From Verrucomicrobiaceae bacterium (GTDB taxonomy: Bacteria > Verrucomicrobiota > Verrucomicrobiia > Chthoniobacterales > JAATET01), in contig JAIYAZ010000015.1 of assembly GCA_027488755.1 (NCBI GenBank), positions 16,913 through 80,912 of the forward strand: 64,000 nt of DNA. Direction: 5' to 3'. This document shows, one piece after another, positions 15,919-25,790 of this stretch. The first letter of the stretch is position 1. Each line of letters begins with the position of its first letter. The position numbers were made by a program, and so were the translations under genes. Under the pieces are notes generated by a model that saw only the letters and a list, made by a program, of their open reading frames with translations, was not told the DNA's origin and did no database searches.

Positions 15919-17637
15919 ATGAAACGCCGCGTTCTCTTTGTCTGCACCGGAAACATTTGCCGCAGCCCGATGGCGGAGGGACTTTTCCGTGCCCTCGTGC
16001 GGGAGCGCCGCGCCTTTGAGGTGGCCTCCGCCGGCACCAGCGCCGCGCGCGGCCAGGCCCCGAGCCACGACGCCGTGCGCGTGCTCCGCGACGAGGAGGG
16101 CATCGACATTTCCGCCCAGCGCAGCCAGCCTGTCACCGAGGACCTGATCGAGCGCTCGGACGTGATTCTCACCATGACGCGCGACCACCGCCGCATGCTC
16201 GAGATGCTCTTCCCCGCGGCGAACGGCAAGGTGCGCCTCCTGCGCGAATTTGAACGCGGCGCCCCGCCCGACGTGCCCGACCCCATCGGCCAGGGCCGCG
16301 AGGTTTACGCCCGTTGCAAAGACACCATCAAACGCGCCCTCACCGGCCTCTTGGACTATCTCGACACCCACTCTCCCATGATCATCGAATCCAGCGAAAC
16401 CATCCCGCACATCGAAGCCGTCGATCCCGAGATCGCCGACGCCATCCACGCCGAATCCCGCCGGCAGGCCGAGCACATCGAGCTCATCGCCTCGGAAAAT
16501 TACACCAGCCGCGCGGTGATGGAGGCCCAGGGCTCCTGCCTCACCAACAAATACGCCGAAGGCTACCCGGGCAAACGCTGGTATGGCGGCTGCGAGCACG
16601 TCGATGTCGTCGAAACGCTGGCCATCGAGCGCGCTAAGCGCCTCTTCGGCGCCGACCACGCCAACGTCCAGCCCCACAGCGGCTCGCAGGCGAACACGGC
16701 GGTTTATTTCAGCGTCCTCACGCCCGGCGACAAAATCCTCACCATGGACCTCGCCCACGGCGGCCACCTCACCCACGGACACAAGGCGAACTTCTCCGGC
16801 AAACTCTACGATGTTCACCACTACGGCGTGAGCCCGGAGACGGGCGTCATCGACTACGACGCCCTCGCCGCGCAGGCCGAAACCGTCCGCCCGAAAATGA
16901 TCACCGCGGGCGCCTCCGCCTACCCGCGCACCATCGACTTCCCGCGCATGCGCGCGATCGCCGATGCCGTCGGCGCCTACCTCTTTGTCGACATGGCGCA
17001 CATCGCCGGCCTCGTCGCGGGCGGCGCGCACCCGAGCCCGGTGCCCTACGCGGACTTCGTGACCACCACCACGCACAAGAGCCTGCGCGGTCCGCGCTCC
17101 GGTCTCATCCTCTGCCGGGAACAATTCGCGAAGAAGATCGATTCCCTCGTCTTCCCGGGCGTGCAGGGTGGCCCGCTCATGCACATCATCGCCGCCAAGG
17201 CGATCTGCCTCCACGAATGCCTCCAGCCGGAGTTCCGCGCCTACGCGCAGCAGATCGTGAGCAACGCGAAGGCCCTCGCCGCCAGCCTCACCCGCCTCGG
17301 CTACACGATCACCTCCGGCGGCACGGACAACCACGTGATGCTCGTCGACCTGCGCCCGCGCGGGCTCACCGGCGTCGAGGCCCAGACCGCCCTCGACCAC
17401 GCCGCCATCACGGTGAACAAAAACGCCATCCCGTTTGACACCGAGCCGATCAGCAAGACCGGCGGCATCCGCATCGGCACGCCGGCCATGACCACCCGCG
17501 GCATGAAGGAGGAGGAAATGATGGAAATCGCCGACCTCATCCACGCCGCCCTGGAAGCCCGCCACTCGCCCGAGGGGCTCGCCGCCGTGCGTCAGCGCGT
17601 CGGTGCCCTCACCGGCCGCTTCCCGCTGCCCGCGTAA
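15919..17637 (+). CDS. glyA: fusion protein: low-molecular-weight phosphotyrosine/arginine phosphatase domain + serine hydroxymethyltransferase
   Basis: Single uninterrupted 572-codon frame. Residues 1 to about 153 carry the LMW-PTP P-loop [12 protein letters not shown] (CX5R-S) and the DVPDPIG acid loop. Residues from about 154 to 572 are a complete SHMT ([31 protein letters not shown]). An in-frame ATG lies at 16378. Confidence 0.85.
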   Translation: MKRRVLFVCTGNICRSPMAEGLFRALVRERRAFEVASAGTSAARGQAPSHDAVRVLRDEEGIDISAQRSQPVTEDLIERSDVILTMTRDHRRMLEMLFPAANGKVRLLREFERGAPPDVPDPIGQGREVYARCKDTIKRALTGLLDYLDTHSPMIIESSETIPHIEAVDPEIADAIHAESRRQAEHIELIASENYTSRAVMEAQGSCLTNKYAEGYPGKRWYGGCEHVDVVETLAIERAKRLFGADHANVQPHSGSQANTAVYFSVLTPGDKILTMDLAHGGHLTHGHKANFSGKLYDVHHYGVSPETGVIDYDALAAQAETVRPKMITAGASAYPRTIDFPRMRAIADAVGAYLFVDMAHIAGLVAGGAHPSPVPYADFVTTTTHKSLRGPRSGLILCREQFAKKIDSLVFPGVQGGPLMHIIAAKAICLHECLQPEFRAYAQQIVSNAKALAASLTRLGYTITSGGTDNHVMLVDLRPRGLTGVEAQTALDHAAITVNKNAIPFDTEPISKTGGIRIGTPAMTTRGMKEEEMMEIADLIHAALEARHSPEGLAAVRQRVGALTGRFPLPA

Positions 17638-17649
17638 CGGCGGGCGGGA

Positions 17650-18078
17650 TCACTCCAACCCCAGCCGCGCCACGCCCTCCTCGTCGAGGCCGAGGTAATG
17701 CCCGATTTCGTGCAGGAGGGTCACCCGCACCTCGCGGCGGAACGCCGCCTCGCGCCCGCTCGCAAACGTCCAGAGATTGTTGACCCAGATGCGGATGCGC
17801 GGCGGGTCCGGCAGGTCGCCCTGCGGATGACTAGCACCCTCGAAGATCCCCAGCCAATCGTCCCCCACCCCGGCCTCGAGATCGTCGTCGTCGGGCTCCG
17901 TCTCCACAAAAACCGAAACCTGCTCCACCTCCTCGGCGATGGCCGCCGGCAGCTCATCGAGCGTCTGCGCGACCACCTCCTCGGCCATGGCCAGCAGTTC
18001 GGATTCGGGTGGATTTTGTGTTTTCGGCATTTCCGTTTTCGCGCGTTGGTTTAAAGACTGTTTCTCCATGTTCTTCAC
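17650..18078 (-). CDS. zincin-like metallopeptidase family protein (DUF1025/Zincin_1-like)
   Basis: C-terminal HExxH motif in LLHEIGHYLGLDEEGV and an acidic N-terminal half. The start is uncertain. The longest ORF overlaps the divergent lepB start by 11 nt, so an internal ATG at 18030 or 17988 is plausible. Confidence 0.7.
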   Translation of the reverse strand: MKNMEKQSLNQRAKTEMPKTQNPPESELLAMAEEVVAQTLDELPAAIAEEVEQVSVFVETEPDDDDLEAGVGDDWLGIFEGASHPQGDLPDPPRIRIWVNNLWTFASGREAAFRREVRVTLLHEIGHYLGLDEEGVARLGLE

Positions 18079-19177
18079 GCCCCGCTATGTCAAGGAGGCC
18101 CGGCAATACGTCGAGGCCGCGCGCCGCGTCCTCCGCTACCGGCTCGACCTGCTCCCACGCGAACAGATCGTCGAGATCGAGGAGCGCGCCAATGACCTCG
18201 AACGCGCCGCCCGCGGCCGCAACCGCGAGGCCGTGAAGGCCGGCATCGCCAAGCTCGAGCGCACCGTCGGCCGTTACGCCCCGCCGCCGTCGCACGCCGG
18301 CTGGCGCGAGAACATCGAGGTGATCCTCGTCGCGGTGGTCATCGCCGCAGGCGTGCGCGCCTACCTCATCGAGCCGTTCAAGATCCCCACGGGCTCGATG
18401 CAGCCCACGCTCAACGGCGTGATCGGCACGCCCACCGACACCCCGCCGCCGAACTTCCTCGTGCGCGCCTTCGACTTCGTCGTGAAGGGCCGCACCTACC
18501 TCGACGTGACCGCGACGCAGGATGATGTCGTCGTGAACCTCCAGGAGTTCACGAAGCTGAACTACTTCACCTACACGGTCGTCGAAGGCCAGCAGTCCCG
18601 CTACACCATCTTCGCCCCCGCCGCCGTGGTGGCCGGCACCTTCGGCCTCGTGCCTGGCCGCGAAATCCTCGCCGGCCAGCCGCTCGTGCGCGGCCACGTG
18701 GACAACGGCGACTTCGTGCTCGTAAACAAGATGGCCTACAACTTCGTGCTGCCCGCGCGCGGTGACGTCTTTGTCTGGCGCACGACCGGCATCCAGGCCA
18801 TCGAGAAAGACATCCCGCCCGACCTCGGCTCGCAGCATTACATCAAGCGCCTCGTCGGCCTGCCCGGCGACACGCTCCAGATCGACCAGCCCTACCTCAC
18901 GATTAACGGCCAGCGCCCGACCGAGCCCGGCATTGCCCGCGTCATGAGCCTCAAAAACGGCTACCGCGGTTACTCGAACCCGCCCTACGCCGCGCTCTAC
19001 CTCACCGCCCCGGGCGAGACGTTCACCGTGCCGCCGCGCCACTACTTCGCGATGGGCGACAACAGCTTCAATTCCTCCGACAGCCGCTTCTTTGGGGCCG
19101 TGCCCGAGAAGAACGTCACCGGCAAGGCATTCGTCGCCTTCTGGCCGTTCACCGACCACTGGGGATTCATCAACTAG
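18068..19177 (+). CDS. lepB: signal peptidase I
   Basis: S26 boxes are present: GSMQPTL (Ser), GDFVLVNKMAY, RGDVFVW, YIKRLVGLPGDTL (Lys) and YFAMGDNSFNSSDSRFFG. Start taken at ATG 18068 inside ORF 17939..19177. Confidence 0.85.
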   Translation: MFFTPRYVKEARQYVEAARRVLRYRLDLLPREQIVEIEERANDLERAARGRNREAVKAGIAKLERTVGRYAPPPSHAGWRENIEVILVAVVIAAGVRAYLIEPFKIPTGSMQPTLNGVIGTPTDTPPPNFLVRAFDFVVKGRTYLDVTATQDDVVVNLQEFTKLNYFTYTVVEGQQSRYTIFAPAAVVAGTFGLVPGREILAGQPLVRGHVDNGDFVLVNKMAYNFVLPARGDVFVWRTTGIQAIEKDIPPDLGSQHYIKRLVGLPGDTLQIDQPYLTINGQRPTEPGIARVMSLKNGYRGYSNPPYAALYLTAPGETFTVPPRHYFAMGDNSFNSSDSRFFGAVPEKNVTGKAFVAFWPFTDHWGFIN

Positions 19178-19806
19178 GGTTCCGTAATCTCAAACGCGAC
19201 CTCGTAAAGTGCCCCCGCGCTGGTGACCGAGCGCCGCACGCGCGCGCCGATCACCCGCTCGAACATCTCGCGCTCCATGTTCTCAAGCTCGGGAAACCGC
19301 TCGAACAGCGCCGCAATCGGGCTGTGCCGTTCGAGGATGCGCGCCGGCGGACCAGGCTCGAACGTGGCCATGCAACCATCGCGCTCGCGGAGTCGGGCCA
19401 GCCAGCGGGCCCGCTCCCCGGGCGTCTCGCCGCGCACGCGGGCCGCGTAGTCCTCAGTGAGCGCGCGGACGTGCAGGAAAAGAAGTTTGCCGGGAGCCGT
19501 GGGACCGTAGAGCTGCCGCGCGCTCTCGAGCACGCCGAGCAGGAGTTCGTGGGATTGCGTCGGAAAGAGCTCGTGCGCCTTTTGCGTGAGGCGGTAGAGG
19601 AGCTCCGGGCGGCCGACGGGCTTGGGATTGCGCCAGGTGTCGAGGTAGCCGTCGCGATGGAGCTCGATGCAATGCTGCTTCACGCCCATGTAGCTCATGT
19701 CGAGGCGGCGGGCGAGTTCCCGCACGGGCAGACCGTTCGAACGCTTGAGTTCGTGGACGATTTCGAGCCGGGGCGTGCGGCCGATTTCCTTGAGCAGACG
19801 GTTCAC
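19174..19806 (-). CDS. winged-helix (ArsR/MarR-like) transcriptional regulator
   Basis: N-terminal wHTH LPVRELARRLDMSYMGVKQHCIELHRDGYL...GRPELLYRLT. It is the last gene of the htrA-RND-MFP string. Confidence 0.6.
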   Translation of the reverse strand: MNRLLKEIGRTPRLEIVHELKRSNGLPVRELARRLDMSYMGVKQHCIELHRDGYLDTWRNPKPVGRPELLYRLTQKAHELFPTQSHELLLGVLESARQLYGPTAPGKLLFLHVRALTEDYAARVRGETPGERARWLARLRERDGCMATFEPGPPARILERHSPIAALFERFPELENMEREMFERVIGARVRRSVTSAGALYEVAFEITEP

Positions 19807-19876
19807 CGGGGAAAAGACGACTCCCCTCGTTTATCCGGCCGCCAACCGCGTCGCAAGCCCGGCCCAGTCCCGGCGG

Positions 19877-20968
19877 CTACGAGCCCGCCCCGGTCTTGGC
19901 GGCATCCGGCAGCTTCTGGCCGTCCTGCAGGAGCGCGTTCGGGCTGAGGATGAGGCGGTCGTCGGGACTTACGCCGGAGAGAATCTCGATCTTCGCGCCG
20001 AGGTTGCGTCCGGTTTCGACCGGGGCGAAGGCCACGTGGCCGTCCTGCACCTTGGCGACATGGCTGCGGCCGTCGCGCACGAAGACGGCGTTGGTCGGCA
20101 CCTGCACCAGGCCGGGCGCAGGCGGAATCTCGATCGTGGCCAGCCCGGTGAGGCCGGCGGGGATGGCGAGGTCGACGTTCGGCAGCGAGAGTTCGAAGCG
20201 CATCGTGCCTGAGGCGCGGTCGATCACGCCGGAGGCGCGCGTCACGCGGGCCGCGAAGGACTGACCGGGCAGCTCCCGGAACTCGACGCGGGCAACCTGG
20301 CCCGGGCGGAGGCGAAGCGCGGCGGCGGGCGGCGCGTCGACCTCGACGCGCAGTTCCTCAAGGCGCACGAGCTGGAAAAGACCGCGGCCGGGCTCGGATT
20401 GATCGCCGCGCAGGTGATCGCCCCGGTCCACGCGCCGCGCGGCGACGATGCCGTCGAAGGGTGCCCGGATGGTCAGGAAGTTCTGCTGCTCCTCCTCGCC
20501 GTGGAGCTCCGCCTGGGCAGCCTGGAGATCGGCCTCGGCGGTCTTGGCCGCGGCCTCGCGTTCATCCAGCGTCTCGGCGGCAACGACGCGGTCGCGGGCC
20601 AGCGAGCGGGCGCGAACGAGCGCACTGCGCGCGAGGGCGGCGCGGGCCTCCGCCTGCGCCACGGCGGCCTGCGCGCGCTCGACGCGGCGCTGGATTTCGG
20701 GGGCGTTGATGACCGCCAGGACCTCGCCGGCCTTCACGCGGTCGCCGATGTCGACCTTGCGTTCGCCGACGATTCCGGTCGCGCGGGAGAAGATTTCCGC
20801 CTCCTCAATCGGTTGCGTGCGCGCGGGCAGCCGGAGCGTTTCGGCGGCGGCCACGCGCTCCGGCTGAATGATGCGCGGGGCTTCCGTCGCCGGGGCGGAT
20901 TGCGCGGCGAGCGGAACGAGGGGGACCAGCAGGGCGGAGAGGACGAGAGCGGCGGCGGGAATCTTCAT
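19877..20968 (-). CDS. efflux RND transporter periplasmic adaptor subunit (MFP)
   Basis: Real start at ATG 20968 (MKIPAAALVLSALLVPLVPLAAQ signal), overlapping the RND stop (ATGA). It shows a lipoyl/hairpin/beta-barrel pattern (EIFSRATGIVGERKVDIGDRVKAGEVLAVI.., ..IRAPFDGIVAARRVDRGD..). The 658-aa ORF in the track is a 5' extension. Confidence 0.85.
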   Translation of the reverse strand: MKIPAAALVLSALLVPLVPLAAQSAPATEAPRIIQPERVAAAETLRLPARTQPIEEAEIFSRATGIVGERKVDIGDRVKAGEVLAVINAPEIQRRVERAQAAVAQAEARAALARSALVRARSLARDRVVAAETLDEREAAAKTAEADLQAAQAELHGEEEQQNFLTIRAPFDGIVAARRVDRGDHLRGDQSEPGRGLFQLVRLEELRVEVDAPPAAALRLRPGQVARVEFRELPGQSFAARVTRASGVIDRASGTMRFELSLPNVDLAIPAGLTGLATIEIPPAPGLVQVPTNAVFVRDGRSHVAKVQDGHVAFAPVETGRNLGAKIEILSGVSPDDRLILSPNALLQDGQKLPDAAKTGAGS

Positions 20969-23900
20969 GGCGCGGGGGCAAGGTCGGGCGTGAGGTCGGC
21001 GGTTTCTTCGGGCGCGGGGGCGGGGCGGCGCTTCATGGCCGCAAAAACCAGGGGCACGAGCAGCAGGGAGGCCACGGTGCCAAGCGCGAGCCCGCCGATG
21101 ACGGCCCGGCCGAGGGGGGCGTTCTGTTCCCCGCCCTCGCCAAAGCCGAGGGCCATGGGCAGCACGCCGAGAATCATCGTGAGCGCCGTCATGCAGACGG
21201 GGCGCAGGCGCGTGGTGGCGGCCTCGACGGCGGCATGCACCCCGCTTTGACCCGCCGCCCAAAGGTCCCGCGCAAAGCTGACGACGAGCACGCTGTTGGC
21301 CGTCGAGACACCCACGACCATGATGAGGCCCATGAGCGCGGGCACGCTGAGCGGGGTGCCGGTGATCCACAGACCGAGGAACGCGCCCGAGACCGCGACC
21401 GGCAGGCCGCTGATGGCGGCAAACGGCAGGGCCCAGGACTGGAAGTTCACGACCATGACGAGGAAGATGAGGGCGGCGGCGAGCGCGAGGCCGCCGAACA
21501 ACTCGGCGTAGGCGGATTCCATGAGCGCGGCCTGGCCGGCGACCTCGATGCGGTTGCCGGGTTTCTGCCGCTCGCGGAGCTCCGCCAGCAGCGGGGCGAG
21601 CGCCCGCGACACCGAGCCGACGTCGGTGCCCTGGACGTTGGCGAGGACGGTGATCGTGGGCAGGAGCGTGGTGCGGGACACGCTGGCGGGCGTGCGTTCC
21701 TCGCGGAGCGAGGCGATGGCCCCGAGCACGACGGGCGGCCCGCCGCCGGCCGGGCGGACGGGAAGATTCAGCAGCGTGGCGGTGTCGGGCAGGCCGGCGG
21801 GAGGCACGCCCACGCTCACCTCGTAGGACGCGCCCACGGCGGGATCGGCCCAAAACGTCGGCGAGACCGTGCCGCCGGAGCCGAGGGCGGTGAGCAGGGC
21901 GTTCACGGCATCCTGCTGCGAGAGGCCAAGCTGTGCGGCGCGCACGCGGTCAACATCGAGCCGGTATTGCGGAAGGTCGAGCACCTCGCGGAGGGTCACG
22001 TCCACGGCGCCGGGCACCGCCTTGAGCCGCTTCACGAGGTCGCGGGCGAGGGCCACGTTGCCGGGAACGTCCCGGCCGATGAAGCGGACTTCGAAGGTCG
22101 TGGGGGCTCCGGCGGAAAGCGTCTGGCTGGTGGCGTCCGCGGGGCGGAAGAAGGCCTGCACGTCCGGAAACTTTGTGGCGAGACGTTCGCGAACGGCGGC
22201 CATGTAACCGGCCGTGGGGGCGTGGCCGGGCGCGAGCTGGATGAGAATCTCGCCGTCGTAGGAGCCGACGGCCGTGCTTTCGATCCAGGCGAGATTGACC
22301 GGTGACGGGGTGCCGATGTTTTCGGCGATGAAGAGCAGTTCCTCGGCGGGAATGAGCATGCGGATTTCGCGCTGAATTTCGGCGAAGCGGCGGGCGGTCT
22401 CCTCGACGCGGACGCCGCTGGGCACGCGGAGGAAGATGCGCATGAGACCGGCATCGGTCGCGGGGAAAAACTCCCGCCCGAGGGAATGCCAGGCAAGGCC
22501 GCCGGCCCCGGCCACCGCCAGGACCGCGAGGGGGGCGAGCCAGCGGCGGGCGATCAGCCCCTCCAGCAAACCGCGCTGCCGGCGGGCGGCGCGGTCGAGC
22601 AGGGCCTCGACGCCGTGATGGATCCGGGCGAGCGGCGAAGGCCGCGCAGCCGGGTGGGCGCGGGCGGCGAGTTCCCCGGGCAGCAGCATGGCGGCGAGCG
22701 TCGGCACGAGCGTGCGCGAGAGCAGGTAGCTGGCCACCATGGCGAAGATCACCGCGAGGGCGAGCGGGCGGAAAACATCGGCCGCGGTGCCGCTGAGCAG
22801 GAAGATCGGCGTGAAGACGATGCAGATGCCGGTCGTGGAGACAAACTCGGGGAAGGCCACCTGGCGGGCACCGTCGAGGATGGCGGTGCGGACGGATTTG
22901 CCCGAGGCGATCTGGCGGTTGATGTTTTCGATTTCGACGAGGGCATTGTCGACGAGGATGCCGATGGCCAGCGCGAGGCCGCCGAGGGACATGAGGTTGA
23001 AGGTGGCGCCAGCGAGGTTGAGCCCGATGATCGAGGCGAGCAGGGCGAGCGGAATCGAGGTGAGGACGATGAACGTCGACCGCAGCGAGCCGAGGAAGAG
23101 GAGCACCATGAGGGCGACCAGCGCGCCGACGAGGAGGATTTCCTTCTCGATCGTGGCGATGGCGGCTTGGACAAAAACGCCCTGGTTGAAGATCGGCTCG
23201 ATGCGCAGGCCGGGCGGGGCTCCGGCGCGGATGGCGGGGAGGCGGGCGAGGATTTCGCCGATGATTTCAAGCGTGGAGGCGTTGCCGAGTTTGAGGACGG
23301 AGACGAGCACGGCGTTCTGGCCGTTGAGGCGCGCGATGTTGGTGGACACCGCCTCGCCGTCGCGCACGCTGGCGACGTCGCGCACGCGCACCACGCGGCC
23401 CTCGACGGAACGCAGCGGCAGGTCGAGGAACGCCTCGACGGTCTCCGGGCTGGCGTTCATCACGATGGGCAGCTCGCGGTCGCCCTCGCGTAGGCTGCCG
23501 GCGGGCAGGGTGAGGTTTTGCGCGGCGATGGCGCGGCTGACATCCGCGGCGGAGAGGCCCTGGGCGTTGAGCGCGCCGGGGTCGATGTCCACCATGATCT
23601 GGCGGGAGGCCCCGCCGTAGGGAAGCGAGAGGCGGATGCCGGGGATGCTCTGGACCTGCGCCCGCAGGCCAAGGCGGGCCCAGTCGAAGAGGGCGCCGTC
23701 GGAGAGTTGATCCGAGGAGATGACGAGCTGGAGGATCGGCACGCTCGACGGGCTCGTCGGGATGATGAGCGGCGGCGTGGTGCCGGGCGGCATGCGGCGC
23801 GTGATCGTCTGCGAGATGGCGGTGACCTGCGCTAGGGCCCTTTCGATCGAGACGGTGGGCTGGAAGCGCAGCTTGACGAGGCCGACGCCGTTCGAAGTCT

Positions 23901-24150
23901 CGGAGCGCACCTCGACGAGGTCGTCGACGTTGTTGAGCGTGGCGATTTCGGAGAAGGAGGTGACCTTGGCCGCCATTTCCCGGGCGTTCAGACCGGCGTA
24001 GGTCCAGACGATGAGGATCTCCGGGCTATCGACCCGCGGCAGGATGTCGCTGGACATGTGTCGCGCCGAGAGCAGGCCGAAGAGCGCGATGGCGATCGCG
24101 AGGACGGCGACCGTGTATTTGTAGCGAAGGGCGTATTGGACGATCCACAT
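20965..24150 (-). CDS. efflux RND transporter permease (AcrB/HAE1-like)
   Basis: 1061 aa with 12-TM architecture and two large periplasmic loops. The N-terminus MWIVQYALRYKYTVAVLAIAIALFGLLS is typical of AcrB-family pumps. Confidence 0.95.
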   Translation of the reverse strand: MWIVQYALRYKYTVAVLAIAIALFGLLSARHMSSDILPRVDSPEILIVWTYAGLNAREMAAKVTSFSEIATLNNVDDLVEVRSETSNGVGLVKLRFQPTVSIERALAQVTAISQTITRRMPPGTTPPLIIPTSPSSVPILQLVISSDQLSDGALFDWARLGLRAQVQSIPGIRLSLPYGGASRQIMVDIDPGALNAQGLSAADVSRAIAAQNLTLPAGSLREGDRELPIVMNASPETVEAFLDLPLRSVEGRVVRVRDVASVRDGEAVSTNIARLNGQNAVLVSVLKLGNASTLEIIGEILARLPAIRAGAPPGLRIEPIFNQGVFVQAAIATIEKEILLVGALVALMVLLFLGSLRSTFIVLTSIPLALLASIIGLNLAGATFNLMSLGGLALAIGILVDNALVEIENINRQIASGKSVRTAILDGARQVAFPEFVSTTGICIVFTPIFLLSGTAADVFRPLALAVIFAMVASYLLSRTLVPTLAAMLLPGELAARAHPAARPSPLARIHHGVEALLDRAARRQRGLLEGLIARRWLAPLAVLAVAGAGGLAWHSLGREFFPATDAGLMRIFLRVPSGVRVEETARRFAEIQREIRMLIPAEELLFIAENIGTPSPVNLAWIESTAVGSYDGEILIQLAPGHAPTAGYMAAVRERLATKFPDVQAFFRPADATSQTLSAGAPTTFEVRFIGRDVPGNVALARDLVKRLKAVPGAVDVTLREVLDLPQYRLDVDRVRAAQLGLSQQDAVNALLTALGSGGTVSPTFWADPAVGASYEVSVGVPPAGLPDTATLLNLPVRPAGGGPPVVLGAIASLREERTPASVSRTTLLPTITVLANVQGTDVGSVSRALAPLLAELRERQKPGNRIEVAGQAALMESAYAELFGGLALAAALIFLVMVVNFQSWALPFAAISGLPVAVSGAFLGLWITGTPLSVPALMGLIMVVGVSTANSVLVVSFARDLWAAGQSGVHAAVEAATTRLRPVCMTALTMILGVLPMALGFGEGGEQNAPLGRAVIGGLALGTVASLLLVPLVFAAMKRRPAPAPEETADLTPDLAPAP

Positions 24151-24189
24151 GGCGCGTGTGCCAATCCCTTTACGCCCGGCGCCGGCGGA

Positions 24190-25644
24190 TCATCGCCGCA
24201 AAATCCCGTAGGTCTTCTCGCTGCCGCGATTGAGGTTGAGCATGACGGCCTCGCCGTCGTTCTCGCCGAGGGCGCGGACAAGGTCGTCCCGGCTGCGGAT
24301 GGGCTCGTTGCCGGCGGCGGTGATGACGTCGCCGACCTGCACGCCGGCGCGGGCGGCCGGGCTGCCGGGTTGCACGCTGGTGACGAGCGCGCCCTCCTCG
24401 GCCTGGAGTTTCATCGCGACGGCCATGTCGGCGGTGAGCGTTCGGACGGTGAGGCCGGCATTCGGCGCGGGCGCGACGGGTTTGGGCTGCGGAGCAGCGG
24501 GAGCAGGAGCGGGAGCCACCGGCGCGGCCGGCGCGGGAACGGTCCGCTGATTCACGATGGGCATGAGGCCGTTGGTTTGTTCCGCGGTGCGGAGTTTGAC
24601 CTCGAGCGTGCGGCGGTTGCGCCAGATTTCCAGCCGCACCTCCTGGCCGACCTGCTTCTCAAAGATAAGCTTCTGGAGTTCGCGGGAATTTTTCACCGGG
24701 GCTCCGTCGACCTTGGTGATGATGTCGTTGCGGCGGAGGTCGCTGTTCGCGGCGGGGGTGCCGGGCTTGATGTCGAGCACGAGAATGCCGGCCGGCAGGT
24801 CGGGGAACCGCTCGGTCAGCTGCGGCATGTCCTCCACGCTGCGAATCCAGATTCCCAGCCACGGGCGGATCGCGCGGCCGTCAGCGATGAGCTGGGTGGC
24901 GACCTTTTTGGCGATGTTGATGGGGATGGCAAACCCGAGGCCGCGGTTGAAGTCGCGGATGAGCGTGTTGATGCCGATGACTCGCCCGTCGATGTCAACG
25001 AGGGGGCCGCCGCTGTTCCCGGGATTGATGGAGGCGTCGGTCTGGATGAACTCCTCGTAGTTTTCGTTGCCCGTGATGTCGGTGCGACCCTTCGCACTGA
25101 CGATGCCGGAGGTGAAGGTGTTGCGGAGGTCAAACGGCGAGCCGATGGCGAAGGCAAACTCCCCGACGCGCGTTTTGTCGCTGTCGGCCAACTCCAGCAC
25201 GGGCAGGCCCGCCGCCTCGACCTTGAGGACGGCAAGGTCGGAAATCGGGTCCACGCCAATGATTTGCGCCGGAAGGGTGCGTCCGTCCTTGAGGGTGACC
25301 GTGACCCCGTCGCGAGCCGCGCCCTCGAGCACGTGGTTGTTGGTCAGAATGTAACCGTCCGCCGTGAGGATGAACCCCGAGCCCTGATTGCTTTCCTCCC
25401 CGTCCGAACGCGGCGCCGGGCGGCCGAAAAACTGCGACAGCGGCGAGCCCGCGGCATAGTCGTCGTCCGCCGCCGGTTCCGCCTCGATGACGACCACCGC
25501 GGGGGAAACCTTCTCATAGACGTCCGCAAAGGCCCGGCTGAGGCTGCGGGCCAGGTCCGCCGAAGCGGACGGGGCGGTGTTCTGCGCCGGCAGGGGGGCC
25601 ATCACGACCAGCGCGCAAATTCCCAGGAGATGCGAGCATTTCAT
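24190..25644 (-). CDS. Do/DegP/HtrA family serine endoprotease with two PDZ domains
   Basis: Catalytic triad context: GSGFILTADGYILTNNHV (His), a D in ..DLAVLKV.., and GNSGGPLVD (Ser). Two PDZ-like segments follow. Signal peptide from ATG 25644 (MKCSHLLGICALVVMAPLPAQ). Confidence 0.9.
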   Translation of the reverse strand: MKCSHLLGICALVVMAPLPAQNTAPSASADLARSLSRAFADVYEKVSPAVVVIEAEPAADDDYAAGSPLSQFFGRPAPRSDGEESNQGSGFILTADGYILTNNHVLEGAARDGVTVTLKDGRTLPAQIIGVDPISDLAVLKVEAAGLPVLELADSDKTRVGEFAFAIGSPFDLRNTFTSGIVSAKGRTDITGNENYEEFIQTDASINPGNSGGPLVDIDGRVIGINTLIRDFNRGLGFAIPINIAKKVATQLIADGRAIRPWLGIWIRSVEDMPQLTERFPDLPAGILVLDIKPGTPAANSDLRRNDIITKVDGAPVKNSRELQKLIFEKQVGQEVRLEIWRNRRTLEVKLRTAEQTNGLMPIVNQRTVPAPAAPVAPAPAPAAPQPKPVAPAPNAGLTVRTLTADMAVAMKLQAEEGALVTSVQPGSPAARAGVQVGDVITAAGNEPIRSRDDLVRALGENDGEAVMLNLNRGSEKTYGILRR

Positions 25645-25790
25645 GGCGCGCAACCTAGCGAGGCCACGCGGCATTTCAAGGGGACACCGGCGAAAAGTCA
25701 TCGCTGGCACAAAAAATGCCTTGTTCGCGGGGAACCGGGCTTCATTCTGCCCGTCAAGGGCTCTTGCCTAAATCTCATAACGTCAAGTCG

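Noticed and set aside
19877-21853. 658-aa version of the adaptor (MFP) ORF, and similar over-long ORFs at 46838..48406, 56517..59507, 61239..62774, 34180..35322, 33979..35235, 43302..45101, 36520..37953, 37797..38942 and 38735..39556
   Set aside because: The 5' portions overlap the preceding well-supported genes in another frame and are Arg/Pro-rich. True starts were placed at internal ATG/GTG codons that restore canonical N-termini and give ATGA/GTGA coupling with the upstream stop.
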